Shown: one piece after another, positions 37,358 through 49,442 of the stretch
How positions within the stretch are numbered: the stretch's first letter is position 1
Layout of the letters: each line of letters starts with the position of its first letter
Assembly: GCA_965203095.1 (NCBI GenBank)
Contig: OZ241877.1
Span: forward strand, 1,696,001-1,760,000
Origin: Bdellovibrionales bacterium
GTDB taxonomy: Bacteria > Bdellovibrionota > Bdellovibrionia > Bdellovibrionales > UBA1609
DNA: 64,000 bases
Direction of reading: 5' to 3'
Notes under the pieces: model-generated
Told to the model about the DNA's origin: nothing
Seen by the model: the letters and a program-made list of their open reading frames with translations, nothing else
Database searches by the model: none
Made by a program: the position numbers and the translations under genes

Positions 37358-40297
37358 TTAAAGGCCCTCCTCTATGAGCCGTTGGTGAGTTTGGCGGATA
37401 TTTTCCAGATCCGCTTTAAAGTTTTGATAATGGGCCGGACTGATGAGACGATTCTTTTTTAAAGTGAGGGCGTCTTTTATTGCCCCTTCGTAATCTCTAA
37501 TTTTCATTTTTTCTGCAACATAGCCCGACAGGCTATCCAAATTAGCAGTTTGTTGTTTTAGGCTGAACTTAAAAAAATCATCCATTATTTGTTGGTTGTA
37601 AGGGATAAGCCCTCGCTTTCTTAAAAAAATATAATGTTGGAATCGTTTAAGACCTGTTTCCGTTTGAAGAGCCTGATAGCTTATTCGGTATTTATGCATG
37701 AGCTGGCAGAAAAAATTAAACCCCGCCAGGCGGAGGCAATTTTTACCCCACTCTTCCGGTGATATGTTTTTGAGCCGGTCAAATGCGTTCATTTTAGCTG
37801 TTTTCTCCTTATAATTTTTCTCTATTTGAAATTTATTTTTTAACTCGAAGGGATCATTATTTTGGTTGAGAAATAGGGATCGCCCCGCCCTATAAATCAA
37901 ATAGGGGCGAGTCAGGCTATTAACTGGAGATTCTAAAAACCGGGCCACTTCTTGAAACTCCTTTGAGCTTAAAATTTGACTGAGAGACAGGTCTTCTACT
38001 GTTTGAAAGCCCATGGATTGGTAAAACTTTTTCACAAAAGGCTCTCGAAATTTTTTTATAGAAGGAGGGGGGAGAACTTTATGGCCCGTTAGGATTAAAA
38101 TGTCTTTTAAACCCACCTGATAGATTTTAGCTTGGGGAAAAGCCTGATAGATGCTCTTTATCACAATTTTAAGAGAATCTAAATCCAAATCATAAGTGTA
38201 AAGCCACTGCCCAAAAACCCCATCTTCATGTAAACTTTTGGCAATCAGCTGGTAAAACTCCGTAGTAAAAAGGTTTTCCACCCCTAAGACTTGAAGATTG
38301 CTGGGTTCAGAGATAATAATATCAAACTTCTTTTTTATCTTTGTAAAGTATTTGAAGGCGTCTGTTTCTATAATTTGAGTTTTCTCACTATCCATAAGAT
38401 GAAAGTTAAGAGCCGGATGGACCTGTTTAATGGCTCTCACAACAAAAGGGGATATTTCTAAAACTTCTATATTTTTTACATCTGGTAAAGGGACATAAGC
38501 TCCAGGGGAGAGACCAGTGCCTAAGCCTACAAAGGCCGTTTGGAGATCTTTTTTGGGAGCAGAATGCAAGTAGGGGAGCATAAAAAACACTGTGGAAAAA
38601 TCCCCAATGGAGTTGCCGTCTGACTTCCCATTGACAATAATGGAGTAAGATAAAAAAGGATCTATGTTAGTAGAGAAAAGCTCTTTTAATTTTGATGAAG
38701 TTTCCATATCTTTTTTTGCTTCAGCGTAATGGATGAGAGAGACTGTGCTATTAGGCCCATCTTTAAAAAAACTGACATGGCCTCCAGCTTGAAGTTTTTT
38801 TGGAATAAAAAACCAACCCTTAAAATGCATTTTTGGATCATAAGATCGGGTGCGAAAAAGCCCGACCTCATGTCCGGACCGATCCCACTGGGAAGGTAAG
38901 AGTATCAGCCCAGCACCTAAAACGGATAGAATAATAAAATCCCAGAGGCTTTTTTTATATAAAAGAATACTTAGAGTCAGCAAAAAAAAGATATAAATGT
39001 TAGTTTTAAATAGGCTATCTATATTAAAGAAATAAAGAGCCAAATAGCTTATGGCAATAGCACCAAAAGCTGTGCCTAAGGTATTAAAAAAGTAAAGCCA
39101 TCCGCAAACTTTTCCATAATTTGTGTTTGATTTTTTTAAAAAGCTATATACAAGAGGTAAAATCCTCCCCATAAAAAAAACAAGAGGGAAAAGAGTTGTT
39201 ATGAGAAACAAAAAAATCAAAAGTTGATATATAAAATAACTGGAAATGAGAGGGGTTAAACTGATAAGGATATGGTTAAGCCATACAGACCAATAAGGAG
39301 CACTCAAAAATAAAATTTGTAAAAGAAAAAGAATAATAAAAAACTGCCGGACAAAAAAACGAAGAGAGATTTTTTTTATAGACAAACTGCCCAAAGCCAA
39401 ACCTCCCACAAATATAGACAAAATCATAGGGAAGTTGTAAGCCCCAGTGCCAATGCTTAAATTTAAAATTCTGACAAAAATCAGCTCAAAAGAGATAGAA
39501 AGTGCTCCAGCAAAAAAAGCCAACAAGATGAGAAAGCTGTCCGGTAGCCTTGTGGCTATGACTGGTGGTTTTGTTTGTTTTTGGATAGGGCCTTTTAGCC
39601 GATTGCTTAAAAAAACCAGCCCAGAGGCAATGTTGAGTATCCCCATAAGGACTAAGGAAAAATTAAGACCCCAAAGAGGGATGAAAAGAAATCCAGCAAA
39701 CAAAGCCCCCAGGCTGGCACCTAAGCCATTTGCCCCATAGACTTTGGCCTGAACTATGTGGACCTCTTTAGAATTTTCAGGCAATGCAGAGGTGAGTAGA
39801 GGGATGGAGGCTCCCATTAAAAAAGTGGGAAGTCCCAATGCCAAGGTGGAGATAGCTATATCGATTATAAAATAGTCGGGGAGAGACCAGCTCAGCTTTT
39901 TTAATATTTTAAAATAAATGGGGAAAAGAATAATATAGATACCTGCAATTCCCTCCACAAGGCCATAATATTTTAAAAGTGAATGTCGCGATAAGTTTTT
40001 TCTCTCTGTCCAAAGGCCAAAAATGTAATATCCTCCGGCCAACCCTGCTAAAAAAACCGCCACCACAAGATTTAAAGATCGGGCCGAACTTCCAGTTAAA
40101 ATCTCTAAATGTTTTTGCCATATTACTTGAGTGGATAGGGCAGAAAAGCCCGTAAGAGCTGTTGTCAAATAGATGAGATATCGATAAAAAGGCCCGGACA
40201 AAAAACTTTCTGCAAGAGCTGATTTTTTATTATTAAAAAGAGAGTGGAATTTGTGTAATATCATTGTTGCCCGATCCCTTAAGTAGTATTTTTTCAA
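37358..40297 (-). CDS. Multi-pass membrane protein fused to a spermidine-synthase-like domain
   Basis: Many TM helices (PTFLMGASIP, YFFNTLG), then VNGKSDG, VGLGTG, FDIIISEPSN, NLFTTEFY. Confidence 0.85.
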   Translation of the reverse strand: MKKYYLRDRATMILHKFHSLFNNKKSALAESFLSGPFYRYLIYLTTALTGFSALSTQVIWQKHLEILTGSSARSLNLVVAVFLAGLAGGYYIFGLWTERKNLSRHSLLKYYGLVEGIAGIYIILFPIYFKILKKLSWSLPDYFIIDIAISTLALGLPTFLMGASIPLLTSALPENSKEVHIVQAKVYGANGLGASLGALFAGFLFIPLWGLNFSLVLMGILNIASGLVFLSNRLKGPIQKQTKPPVIATRLPDSFLILLAFFAGALSISFELIFVRILNLSIGTGAYNFPMILSIFVGGLALGSLSIKKISLRFFVRQFFIILFLLQILFLSAPYWSVWLNHILISLTPLISSYFIYQLLIFLFLITTLFPLVFFMGRILPLVYSFLKKSNTNYGKVCGWLYFFNTLGTAFGAIAISYLALYFFNIDSLFKTNIYIFFLLTLSILLYKKSLWDFIILSVLGAGLILLPSQWDRSGHEVGLFRTRSYDPKMHFKGWFFIPKKLQAGGHVSFFKDGPNSTVSLIHYAEAKKDMETSSKLKELFSTNIDPFLSYSIIVNGKSDGNSIGDFSTVFFMLPYLHSAPKKDLQTAFVGLGTGLSPGAYVPLPDVKNIEVLEISPFVVRAIKQVHPALNFHLMDSEKTQIIETDAFKYFTKIKKKFDIIISEPSNLQVLGVENLFTTEFYQLIAKSLHEDGVFGQWLYTYDLDLDSLKIVIKSIYQAFPQAKIYQVGLKDILILTGHKVLPPPSIKKFREPFVKKFYQSMGFQTVEDLSLSQILSSKEFQEVARFLESPVNSLTRPYLIYRAGRSLFLNQNNDPFELKNKFQIEKNYKEKTAKMNAFDRLKNISPEEWGKNCLRLAGFNFFCQLMHKYRISYQALQTETGLKRFQHYIFLRKRGLIPYNQQIMDDFFKFSLKQQTANLDSLSGYVAEKMKIRDYEGAIKDALTLKKNRLISPAHYQNFKADLENIRQTHQRLIEEGL

Positions 40298-40541
40298 TTT
40301 ATTTTATAAGAGATTATAAAGTCAATCCTAAAGCCCGTTATTCTCGTTTTGAGCGGGAATCCTTATCTGTGTCCCCGGACTTTTGCTTATGCAATCTATT
40401 AGAGTTAGGCTTTTTCAGGGGCGACTATTTAAAAATGTTGAGAAAAAGTCCCTTAAATGCTCAAAAAATACCCATGAACCTATTTTAAAATCCTATCATT
40501 CTGTTTGACTTATTTTTTGGGGCTGAAGTAAAAGTGCGGGT

Positions 40542-41228
40542 ATGAGATTTATTGCCTGTTTTTTGTTGATCCTCTTTTCTTTTAACTCCAGTGCTGTTGT
40601 GGATTTGGACAAAACAGTCTTAGGCCGAGCGGTTAAAAAAAGGGATGTTTTGGCCTTTCAGCAAAAGTTGGATAAATTAGCCCATCGTCATGCAGAATAC
40701 AGTCTCAAAATCTTGAAAGCCAAAGATCTGGAGGGGAATACTTTGTTCCATCGGATGGCTCAAGTTCAAGGGCCAAAACAAGAGGCTTTTGCAGGGCAGA
40801 TCCTTTATTTGGGATATTTTTTAATGTCTCTTAAAGGTATAAAAGGTTTGGAGTTTGCCTCAAGCCCTGACAAGAGGGGGCTTTCCCCTATAGAAGTTGC
40901 GGAAAAGGCGGGCAATAGTTTTGCTGTGAGAAATTTAATGGCTATGAGGAATTTAGAAATACATTTTGCCGGTCGGCAAAAAGAGCTTTTTCAGGAATTA
41001 TTGGAACCTGAGGCAGAACAAAGGCAAAAGGAATTTTTGAAAAAAAACCTCTTAGGCGGAATATTGATTGTCAATGGCCTGATTTTTTCCTTTTTTGGCC
41101 TGGATACGGGCCTGTTTGTTCCCCTTATGCTGGGAGCACCACAATTAGCCATTGGTGGGATGACCTGTTATGAGGCTTTTAAAAGCTCAAAAGAATTAAT
41201 TAATAAGAATGAGAATATACGAGACTGA
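40542..41228 (+). CDS. Hypothetical exported/membrane protein, weak ankyrin-like motifs
   Basis: Signal peptide, GNTLFH and GLSPIEVA, C-terminal hydrophobic hairpin. Confidence 0.55.
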   Translation: MRFIACFLLILFSFNSSAVVDLDKTVLGRAVKKRDVLAFQQKLDKLAHRHAEYSLKILKAKDLEGNTLFHRMAQVQGPKQEAFAGQILYLGYFLMSLKGIKGLEFASSPDKRGLSPIEVAEKAGNSFAVRNLMAMRNLEIHFAGRQKELFQELLEPEAEQRQKEFLKKNLLGGILIVNGLIFSFFGLDTGLFVPLMLGAPQLAIGGMTCYEAFKSSKELINKNENIRD

Positions 41229-41275
41229 TTTTTTAAAATCCCCACCGGGATTGATGAAAAAAACAATAAAAAAGC

Positions 41276-41303
41276 TTGACATGGGAAAATAAGGCTGTAA
41301 ATT
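41276..41303 (+). promoter_or_regulatory. rRNA promoter (boxA-like element near 41337-41350)
   Basis: TTGACA-N16-TAAATT followed by TGCTCTTTGAAAAC. The leader (CTTTGAAAACCGAATAGTC) is largely complementary to the trailer near 43107 (GACTATTTGGATTTTAAAG), forming a processing stem. Confidence 0.7.
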
Positions 41304-41533
41304 GAGCCTTTGAAAAACGGGATCAATGCCTGTTTTTGCTCTTTGAAAACCGAATAGTCACATTGTTTCGGGACCTAAGAAGTTTTTCTTCAAGGGTTTT
41401 ATATACCGTTCTTAACTGAGGTTTTACGATAAACTTTGCTCTTCAAAGGGCATGCTTTTTCGTAAATTTTTATCAAATTAAGAGCAGGTATTTTTAAAGT
41501 ATTTGTAAGAGTCTTAATAGAATTCTTCGGATT

Positions 41534-43053
<1,520 letters not shown>

Positions 43054-43311
43054 TTTAAAAAAAGCTTTTTATAAATTCAGCTTTTTTAAGGTCAAACCTG
43101 AAACAAGACTATTTGGATTTTAAAGAATATTTTTTAGATTCTGATAAGATGCAAAAGGCTAATGAGAGGTCATATAGAAATCGAGCAGTGAATATTGATT
43201 CAGATGGTGACCCAATAGTGATCCATGGTTTAATAAAAGCTTTAGAAGATGATGAATAAACAAGAAGAAGATTGGCAAAGAGAATTTTCCCGGACTTCTT
43301 TTTGAAGTTTT

Positions 43312-43388
43312 GGGCCTGTAGCTCAGTTGGTTAGAGCACAGGCTTGATAAGCCTGGGGTCAGAAGTTCAAGTCTTCTCAGGCCCACCA
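43312..43388 (+). tRNA. tRNA-Ile(GAT)
   Basis: Acceptor GGGCCTG/CAGGCCC, anticodon arm CAGGC-TTGATAA-GCCTG, encoded CCA. Confidence 0.95.
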
Positions 43389-43404
43389 TTTTTTTTGCAG
43401 TTCT

Positions 43405-43481
43405 GGGCTGTAGCTCAGTTGGTTAGAGCACAGGCTTGATAAGCCTGGGGTTAGAAGTTCAAGTCTTCTTGAGGCCCACCA
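43405..43481 (+). pseudogene. Degenerate tRNA-Ile(GAT), copy 2
   Basis: Same body as 43312-43388 but with indels in the acceptor stem (GGGCTG / TGAGGCCC). Confidence 0.7.
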
Positions 43482-43497
43482 TTGTTTTTGCAGTTCT

Positions 43498-43573
43498 GGG
43501 CTGTAGCTCAGTTGGTCAGAACACAGGCTTGATAAGCCTGGGGTCAGAAGTTCAAGTCTTCTTGGGCTTACCA
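43498..43573 (+). pseudogene. Degenerate tRNA-Ile(GAT), copy 3
   Basis: Acceptor stem poorly paired (GGGCTG / TGGGCTT) and D-arm substitutions. Confidence 0.7.
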
Positions 43574-43617
43574 TTTTTTTTGTGAAAAAGGAATTTGTTG
43601 GATATTATTTTTAAATT

Positions 43618-44901
43618 ATGGAGGCAGTTATGAAAATCAATAAAATAAGAATGAAAAACTTAAGATGTTTTCCTTCAGCAGAAGGTTTGATCCGGCCGAT
43701 TACCATAATTGTAGGTGAAAATAATACAGGGAAAACAACATTTTTATCCACTTATAAACTTATCCATGATCTGTTGTGTGGGGATAAACCTATAAAGCCT
43801 TCCTCTATAGAAGATTTATTAAAAGAGGAAACTTATAAATATCTTGGAGGGCCTAAACATATTGTTAGGGAACAGAGCAATGCGGATGTAGTAAATATAG
43901 GAGCCGGTTTTAAAATTGGAGAACAAGATATATGGAATGTAGAATATTCAATAAAAAATGGGGAATCTTGTGAAAAAGTTTTAATAAATTGCCTTGAAGA
44001 TAAAATAGAAGTGAACTTAAAAGGCGGTATGATGGAGTTTCTTGTAAATGGACAAAAGGGGTATGATTCTACTACACCTGCTCATTTTTCTATTCATTTT
44101 TTTGGAGTGATTTCTTTTTTGGATAAAGAATTAAAAAATGAGCTTGAAAAAAATAAAGTTTTGCATTCAAAAATAACTACTCTTATAAACTTTAAGAGAA
44201 ATGGGAATTTAAAAAACATATTTTGTAATCTTCTTGAGCCAATCCATTTAAAACCAAAAGATATATTTGATCCTTCAAAAATTAAGACCACAGACTCATC
44301 TTATACTTTATGTGAAATGGCAAAGATGAGGCAAAATAACAACTGGAATAACCTAAAAGAAGAATTTAATAAATTTGGTAAAGCCTCAAAATTTTTCCAA
44401 AATTTAGATATAGATATATTGGATAAAAACAATGATAAATCTCCATTTTCAATAAAAATTAAAGTGGATGGATTGGAATCCAATATTACAAATGTTGGCT
44501 ATGGGGTAAGTCAGTTTTTACCTGTGTTGGCAAATGTATTTATTTCAGATTCAAAAAAATACAATACTTTTTTGATGCAACAACCAGAAACTCATCTGCA
44601 CCCCAGAGTGGAAGCTGAGTTGGCTACTCTTATGGTTGATATGATAAACAAACATAAAGAAAAATATAAATTTATTTGTGAAACTCATAGTGATTATATT
44701 ATTCAACGAGCTACTATTGAAATCAAAAAGAAAAGACTAAAGCCTGAAGATTTTTTAATCCTTTATTTTGAACTAAAAAATGGAGAAGCAAAAATTTATC
44801 CAATCACTGTCGATTCAAATGGCAAATTTGAAGGTCAACCAGATAGTTATCAGGATTTCTTTTTATCGGAAGATTATAAGCTTTTGGGTTTAGAAGATTA
44901 A
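43618..44901 (+). CDS. ABC/AAA_21-type ATPase (DUF3696-like tail)
   Basis: GENNTGKT, VGYGVSQFLP, MQQPETHLHP, ICETHSDY. Confidence 0.85.
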   Translation: MEAVMKINKIRMKNLRCFPSAEGLIRPITIIVGENNTGKTTFLSTYKLIHDLLCGDKPIKPSSIEDLLKEETYKYLGGPKHIVREQSNADVVNIGAGFKIGEQDIWNVEYSIKNGESCEKVLINCLEDKIEVNLKGGMMEFLVNGQKGYDSTTPAHFSIHFFGVISFLDKELKNELEKNKVLHSKITTLINFKRNGNLKNIFCNLLEPIHLKPKDIFDPSKIKTTDSSYTLCEMAKMRQNNNWNNLKEEFNKFGKASKFFQNLDIDILDKNNDKSPFSIKIKVDGLESNITNVGYGVSQFLPVLANVFISDSKKYNTFLMQQPETHLHPRVEAELATLMVDMINKHKEKYKFICETHSDYIIQRATIEIKKKRLKPEDFLILYFELKNGEAKIYPITVDSNGKFEGQPDSYQDFFLSEDYKLLGLED

Positions 44902-45115
44902 ATTTTAAGGATAACAACCATAGCTATACAAAGGAGTATTATGGGTTTACAAAAAAAAGGAATAATTATTGATGCAGAGGTTTTTTATAAGTGGTTCATG
45001 GGTATTTACTTTGTTAGCAATGAATATTAGGTTGATAAACAACCATTGTTTTTAATTTTATACTTACAGGTTTAGATAGCACAGATTATAAAAAAGATAG
45101 GAATAAGGAGAGGGA

Positions 45116-45640
45116 ATGAGGTTTTTTAGTTTAAAAGGAAGACTTCCTCGGAGAAGGTTTTTTTGGATAACTGTTAAACTGCTTGTTTTGTTTATTGTAG
45201 TTGGGATTGTAATTGGCATTGTTGAAGGCACTGTTGCAATTTATACTCAGTGCCCAGCATATTATCTTGAAGACAAACTATCGCAGTCTGCCTTAGATTG
45301 TGTGAAAAGGTTAGAAAATAATACAGACTATATGGATAACTTCTTTGTGAGTTTATTTGCTTACATTTTATCTCTTATATTGTGTTTATTCCCTTATGTT
45401 AAAAGATTGCATGATGTGAATTGGCCAATAAGTCTATATCTTTTGAATGGACCTCCAATGATTTATGATCTCAGCTTACTTTTTTTAGATTGGGAAAAAA
45501 ATTGGATACTATGGGCTGTTTTAACTGCTCCCAGCTTTTGTTTATGGTTTTTACTTCTTGTTATTAGAGGGACAAAAGGGCCGAATGCACATGGCCCAGA
45601 TCCTTTAGCAAATAAAACTCAAAAATCCAGCACTCTTTAA
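45116..45640 (+). CDS. DUF805-family membrane protein
   Basis: FFSLKGRLPRRRFF, VKRLHD, GTKGPNAHGPDP. Confidence 0.88.
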   Translation: MRFFSLKGRLPRRRFFWITVKLLVLFIVVGIVIGIVEGTVAIYTQCPAYYLEDKLSQSALDCVKRLENNTDYMDNFFVSLFAYILSLILCLFPYVKRLHDVNWPISLYLLNGPPMIYDLSLLFLDWEKNWILWAVLTAPSFCLWFLLLVIRGTKGPNAHGPDPLANKTQKSSTL

Positions 45641-45641
45641 G

Positions 45642-48600
45642 ATGCTTCCACTATTGATTTTTATCTTGTTTTTCAGCCATTTCGTGAAAGCTGTTGATGA
45701 GGAAATTTGTTTCCCTCTTAACCAAAAGAAAATAGAGATCAAACTTAATGTCACTCCTAAAAAAATAAAGTTAGATCCCAAAGGGCAAAAGCTATTATTT
45801 CCTATTTATTCCCTTCCCCCAGCTCCTCCTAATTCCATTAGAGAGGAGGTTGAAAACTGGGATGGCAGGAGATATCCTGAACTTCCCCCTATAGTTTTAC
45901 CAGTGGATAATCGATATAGGCAAAGTAGAGAAATAATTCCTGACAGTCTTTATTTGTTTGATTTAGAAAGTTCAAAGGGAAAGCCACTTTTCCCCTTGCT
46001 TGATAAATTCAATCACTATAGCCATTACGGTTTTTCACCGGAGGGTTCTTTTGTTTGGGGCTTTCTGCCTGAAGGAGGGATTAAAATACAATACTTGTTT
46101 GGCCCTAAAGCGGGACAAATTCTTGTTTTATTGAAGGGGCGACAGATTTTTCATTTTTCATATAGAGCCGATAAAAAGGATTGGCTGGTGATCGATGGCA
46201 GAAAAGAGGACTGGGATCTTCTAATGGAAGGGAACAATCCTCCCAAGGGAGATTCGGTTAGTGAAAGTTATCTAAAAAAACCTGTGAGATTTTTTTTGCG
46301 AGCCTTGGATCCTTTAACTTTAAAACAAAAAGAAGCAAAAAGCTTTTTGACAGAGATTAGCTCAATGAGCTGTTATGATGTAAATTTTTCTTTTAATCGA
46401 CTTTTTTATGTCCAGAAAGATACTGGTCTTTGGGGGATCCCTTTAAATGGGCCAGGGCCATCTCAACTCTACTTTGAGCCAGCTGAAGGCTTTAATGTCA
46501 ATTCCTTAGAAAAAGAATGTGCTTTTTTTGGAAAGTCTAAAAAATCTTATGTCAATGTCCTTACACTTTTAGACAAAGAAAAAATTCTTTTTCGATATTT
46601 AAAAGAGAGAAGAGAATTTATCCGCCCAATACAAGATCTATTTCCTCTCTTTCTCTTAAATCGCAATGTTTTAAGGCGAACACGAAGGCTGGGGTTGCCT
46701 TCGTTAAATCACACTTCCTATCAAGTTTCTTTTCCTTCACTTCCTTTTAAAATCAGTTATCCCTTTGCTGGACAAGAGAATATTTTTTATGATGAGGAGG
46801 GGGAAAGGAGGTATCACGATCAGCTTTACCATATTCCTGAAGCCAAGGTTTTGACAAAAGCTAAAGAGAACATATTAGCTATGGATGAAGAGGGCCGGGT
46901 GGTTTTGAAAAAAAATGGAGAGATATTCCAGGCAATTCTTCAGCCTTTTGATCCCAACCACAGAAAAGTTGTTTTACATATTCCATTTGTAGAAATTTGT
47001 AGAACTAATCAGTTTTTTAATCGGGAAAAGACTCATGTGTTTGTCAGCACTGTTTGGGGAGATCTTTATATAATGGATGTGGAAGGAGGAAAGGTTCGTA
47101 AGTTTCCTGACTTTTTCAAGAGTGACCAAGGTTCTTGTTTTTTTGCCAGGGAAATATCTTTATCTCAAGGGACAATCATAGGAGAGATTGCTCTAAAAAA
47201 ACATGGAGCTAACAGCCTTTCAAAAAGAAAGATTGTTGTTTATAAGTTTCAAAGAGCTTGTGCAACTCCTCCCTCTGAAGATTCATCCTCCAGTATAGAA
47301 TTGTTAAAACAAATCCTTAAGGATGAAGAGCGGATAAATTCTTTCTCCTTTTCCCGTTTCAGGGCTATTCTTCAAGAAGAGGGCTTGTTCAAAAACCATC
47401 CACAGGCTCTTGATGAGATTCTTTGGAAGGTTTTGTTAAAATTCCCATCTATTTATTTGGATTTGCTAAAGGGGGGAGCAACTCTTAAAAATTTACCCCC
47501 TTCCTCTATTTATAAAACTTTTCCTATAAGTTTGCAAAAGAGTCTTCAACAAGCAACACTCTCTCTTTTAGATGTGACAGTTTCTCAAAGTCATCCTACT
47601 CGATTGTCTAACTGGCTTTTTCTCCGTCGTCTTCAACCCCTTCTTCAACAACTTCCCAAAGGGAAACAGGATTTTTACATAAACACTATTGCTGTATCCA
47701 TTTCCAACGGTGCAAAAATTGCCCATCCCCTTTTAGGAGAGGTTTTCCAGTCAAAGATTTTTTATATTGTTCGGGAAAATATTCAAAAGCTTTTCGGGTT
47801 AAAAAGTCGTCCTGTTAGTGATATTACTCTTATCAGAAAATCACAAAGTTTTTCCACTTTGATTTTATCCTCTGCCCCTATTATTGGGCCTGTTGTTAAC
47901 ACAACTACAGATTTTGGCCTTCACTATGCTTTAGTAGATGGGGCCGGTCATGATGATCTTATGCTATATGCAATGTCACCAGAGGGAGAACTCATTACCG
48001 ATCATGTTGTGGAATGGAGAATTGCAGGAGATTCCAAGCGTTTGTATCGCGGAGAAATTCAAGTCCATACTAAAAAGGATTTTGATGGAAACATACTTGA
48101 GTCTTCTTCTACTTTAAATTATCCTGCTTTTTGGAGAGATCAAAAATTGGTAGGTGCTGTGATTGTGGGATCCTCTCTCACTTCAGAGGCACAGATCCTT
48201 TTAAAAGAATATCTTTCTTATTTTCATGAACAGGGTTTTCAGTTCTCCAATAGTGAGATAAAGGATCTAAAACCTTTTTTACTTGATTTGATTAGTTGTG
48301 AGTTGGACTATTTTTTAACGGAAAGCCACGGTAGCGGTGATGAGCGAAACACACTTCGTTTCACTAAGGAGAATTATATTATTCAGGGAGAAAGGTGGGA
48401 AGGCTTGAGCTTAAAGGAAAGGATTTATCTCATTATACCTAAACCTTCAGCAGAGGAAATGGATATTGTAGGTGTAGAAGTTAACAGCCTTACTGATCTT
48501 TTGTCTTACCGGGACTTAAGTCAGGCCATAGCTCAAAGACGCTCTAAAAAATGTGGGCAGATTGTCTATTTTCACACCGGTTGTTGGACGGGTATAAAAT

Positions 48601-48941
48601 CTCGATATATATTAGAGGCTGTTAACTCTCCTCTTTTTTTGAATATTCCAGTCATCACTCCATCTTTAGGCTTTGCTAATCGATCAGGCAATGCCATTTA
48701 TGCTTTACTCCATTCCCTTCGTGAAGAAAGGGATTTTGAGGGCTTTCGTGAACTTCTAAAATCAAATGAAGATTACAATCAAGGCCGGATGGATTATTAT
48801 ATTTTTCCTGATGAGGATATTTATAAAAAACGAGTGTTTTCAGCCATCAGTATTCCTTTAGATATTTCTGTTGAGTTATTTGTTAAGGACAGCCCCTTTA
48901 ATGCCCCTTGGAAAAAAACAGAACCGGATACAGTTTTTTAA
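45642..48941 (+). CDS. Large secreted hypothetical protein
   Basis: 1,099-aa ORF with a signal peptide and a beta-rich N-terminal half. Confidence 0.7.
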   Translation: MLPLLIFILFFSHFVKAVDEEICFPLNQKKIEIKLNVTPKKIKLDPKGQKLLFPIYSLPPAPPNSIREEVENWDGRRYPELPPIVLPVDNRYRQSREIIPDSLYLFDLESSKGKPLFPLLDKFNHYSHYGFSPEGSFVWGFLPEGGIKIQYLFGPKAGQILVLLKGRQIFHFSYRADKKDWLVIDGRKEDWDLLMEGNNPPKGDSVSESYLKKPVRFFLRALDPLTLKQKEAKSFLTEISSMSCYDVNFSFNRLFYVQKDTGLWGIPLNGPGPSQLYFEPAEGFNVNSLEKECAFFGKSKKSYVNVLTLLDKEKILFRYLKERREFIRPIQDLFPLFLLNRNVLRRTRRLGLPSLNHTSYQVSFPSLPFKISYPFAGQENIFYDEEGERRYHDQLYHIPEAKVLTKAKENILAMDEEGRVVLKKNGEIFQAILQPFDPNHRKVVLHIPFVEICRTNQFFNREKTHVFVSTVWGDLYIMDVEGGKVRKFPDFFKSDQGSCFFAREISLSQGTIIGEIALKKHGANSLSKRKIVVYKFQRACATPPSEDSSSSIELLKQILKDEERINSFSFSRFRAILQEEGLFKNHPQALDEILWKVLLKFPSIYLDLLKGGATLKNLPPSSIYKTFPISLQKSLQQATLSLLDVTVSQSHPTRLSNWLFLRRLQPLLQQLPKGKQDFYINTIAVSISNGAKIAHPLLGEVFQSKIFYIVRENIQKLFGLKSRPVSDITLIRKSQSFSTLILSSAPIIGPVVNTTTDFGLHYALVDGAGHDDLMLYAMSPEGELITDHVVEWRIAGDSKRLYRGEIQVHTKKDFDGNILESSSTLNYPAFWRDQKLVGAVIVGSSLTSEAQILLKEYLSYFHEQGFQFSNSEIKDLKPFLLDLISCELDYFLTESHGSGDERNTLRFTKENYIIQGERWEGLSLKERIYLIIPKPSAEEMDIVGVEVNSLTDLLSYRDLSQAIAQRRSKKCGQIVYFHTGCWTGIKSRYILEAVNSPLFLNIPVITPSLGFANRSGNAIYALLHSLREERDFEGFRELLKSNEDYNQGRMDYYIFPDEDIYKKRVFSAISIPLDISVELFVKDSPFNAPWKKTEPDTVF

Positions 48942-48968
48942 ATGCTATTTAGAGTATGGGTTGTAGTT

Positions 48969-49442
48969 TCAGTACCGAGGGGAGGATATTGAAGGTAGCC
49001 ATGACCAAAAGGAATCATCATCTTCTGAATCATTATTCTCTGTTTCTGCCTTTTTTTCTTCTTGGGCACTTTTTTCTTCTGCCTTTTCTTTAGCTATTTG
49101 TTCTGGAGTCATAAAAGATTGAATAAGATATAATATTTCAAGATAAGAGATTACTGTTCCCGCCTCTTTTAGCACTTTTGAACAAAGAACTTGCCTTAAA
49201 CTTGGTGGGATGTTTTCTCTAAAAGGTTCTGCCTCTATAAGGCAGGTCTGAAGTTTTTGCTGTAAGGCTTGAATGATAACTTCTTTTTGTTCTTCATCTA
49301 AGTATGTTTCAATTTCGTTAGGATTTTCTTTTAAGAGAATAAACAAGCTTTCTTTACGATCTTCATCCATTACCACTTCTGCTAATGCCGTTTTGGAAGT
49401 GACAAAAACAGAAAGGAATAATAAAAATAGAATCTTCTGCAT
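48969..49442 (-). CDS. Secreted hypothetical protein
   Basis: Signal peptide ending ALA, RBS AAGGAG, acidic tail. Confidence 0.7.
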   Translation of the reverse strand: MQKILFLLFLSVFVTSKTALAEVVMDEDRKESLFILLKENPNEIETYLDEEQKEVIIQALQQKLQTCLIEAEPFRENIPPSLRQVLCSKVLKEAGTVISYLEILYLIQSFMTPEQIAKEKAEEKSAQEEKKAETENNDSEDDDSFWSWLPSISSPRY

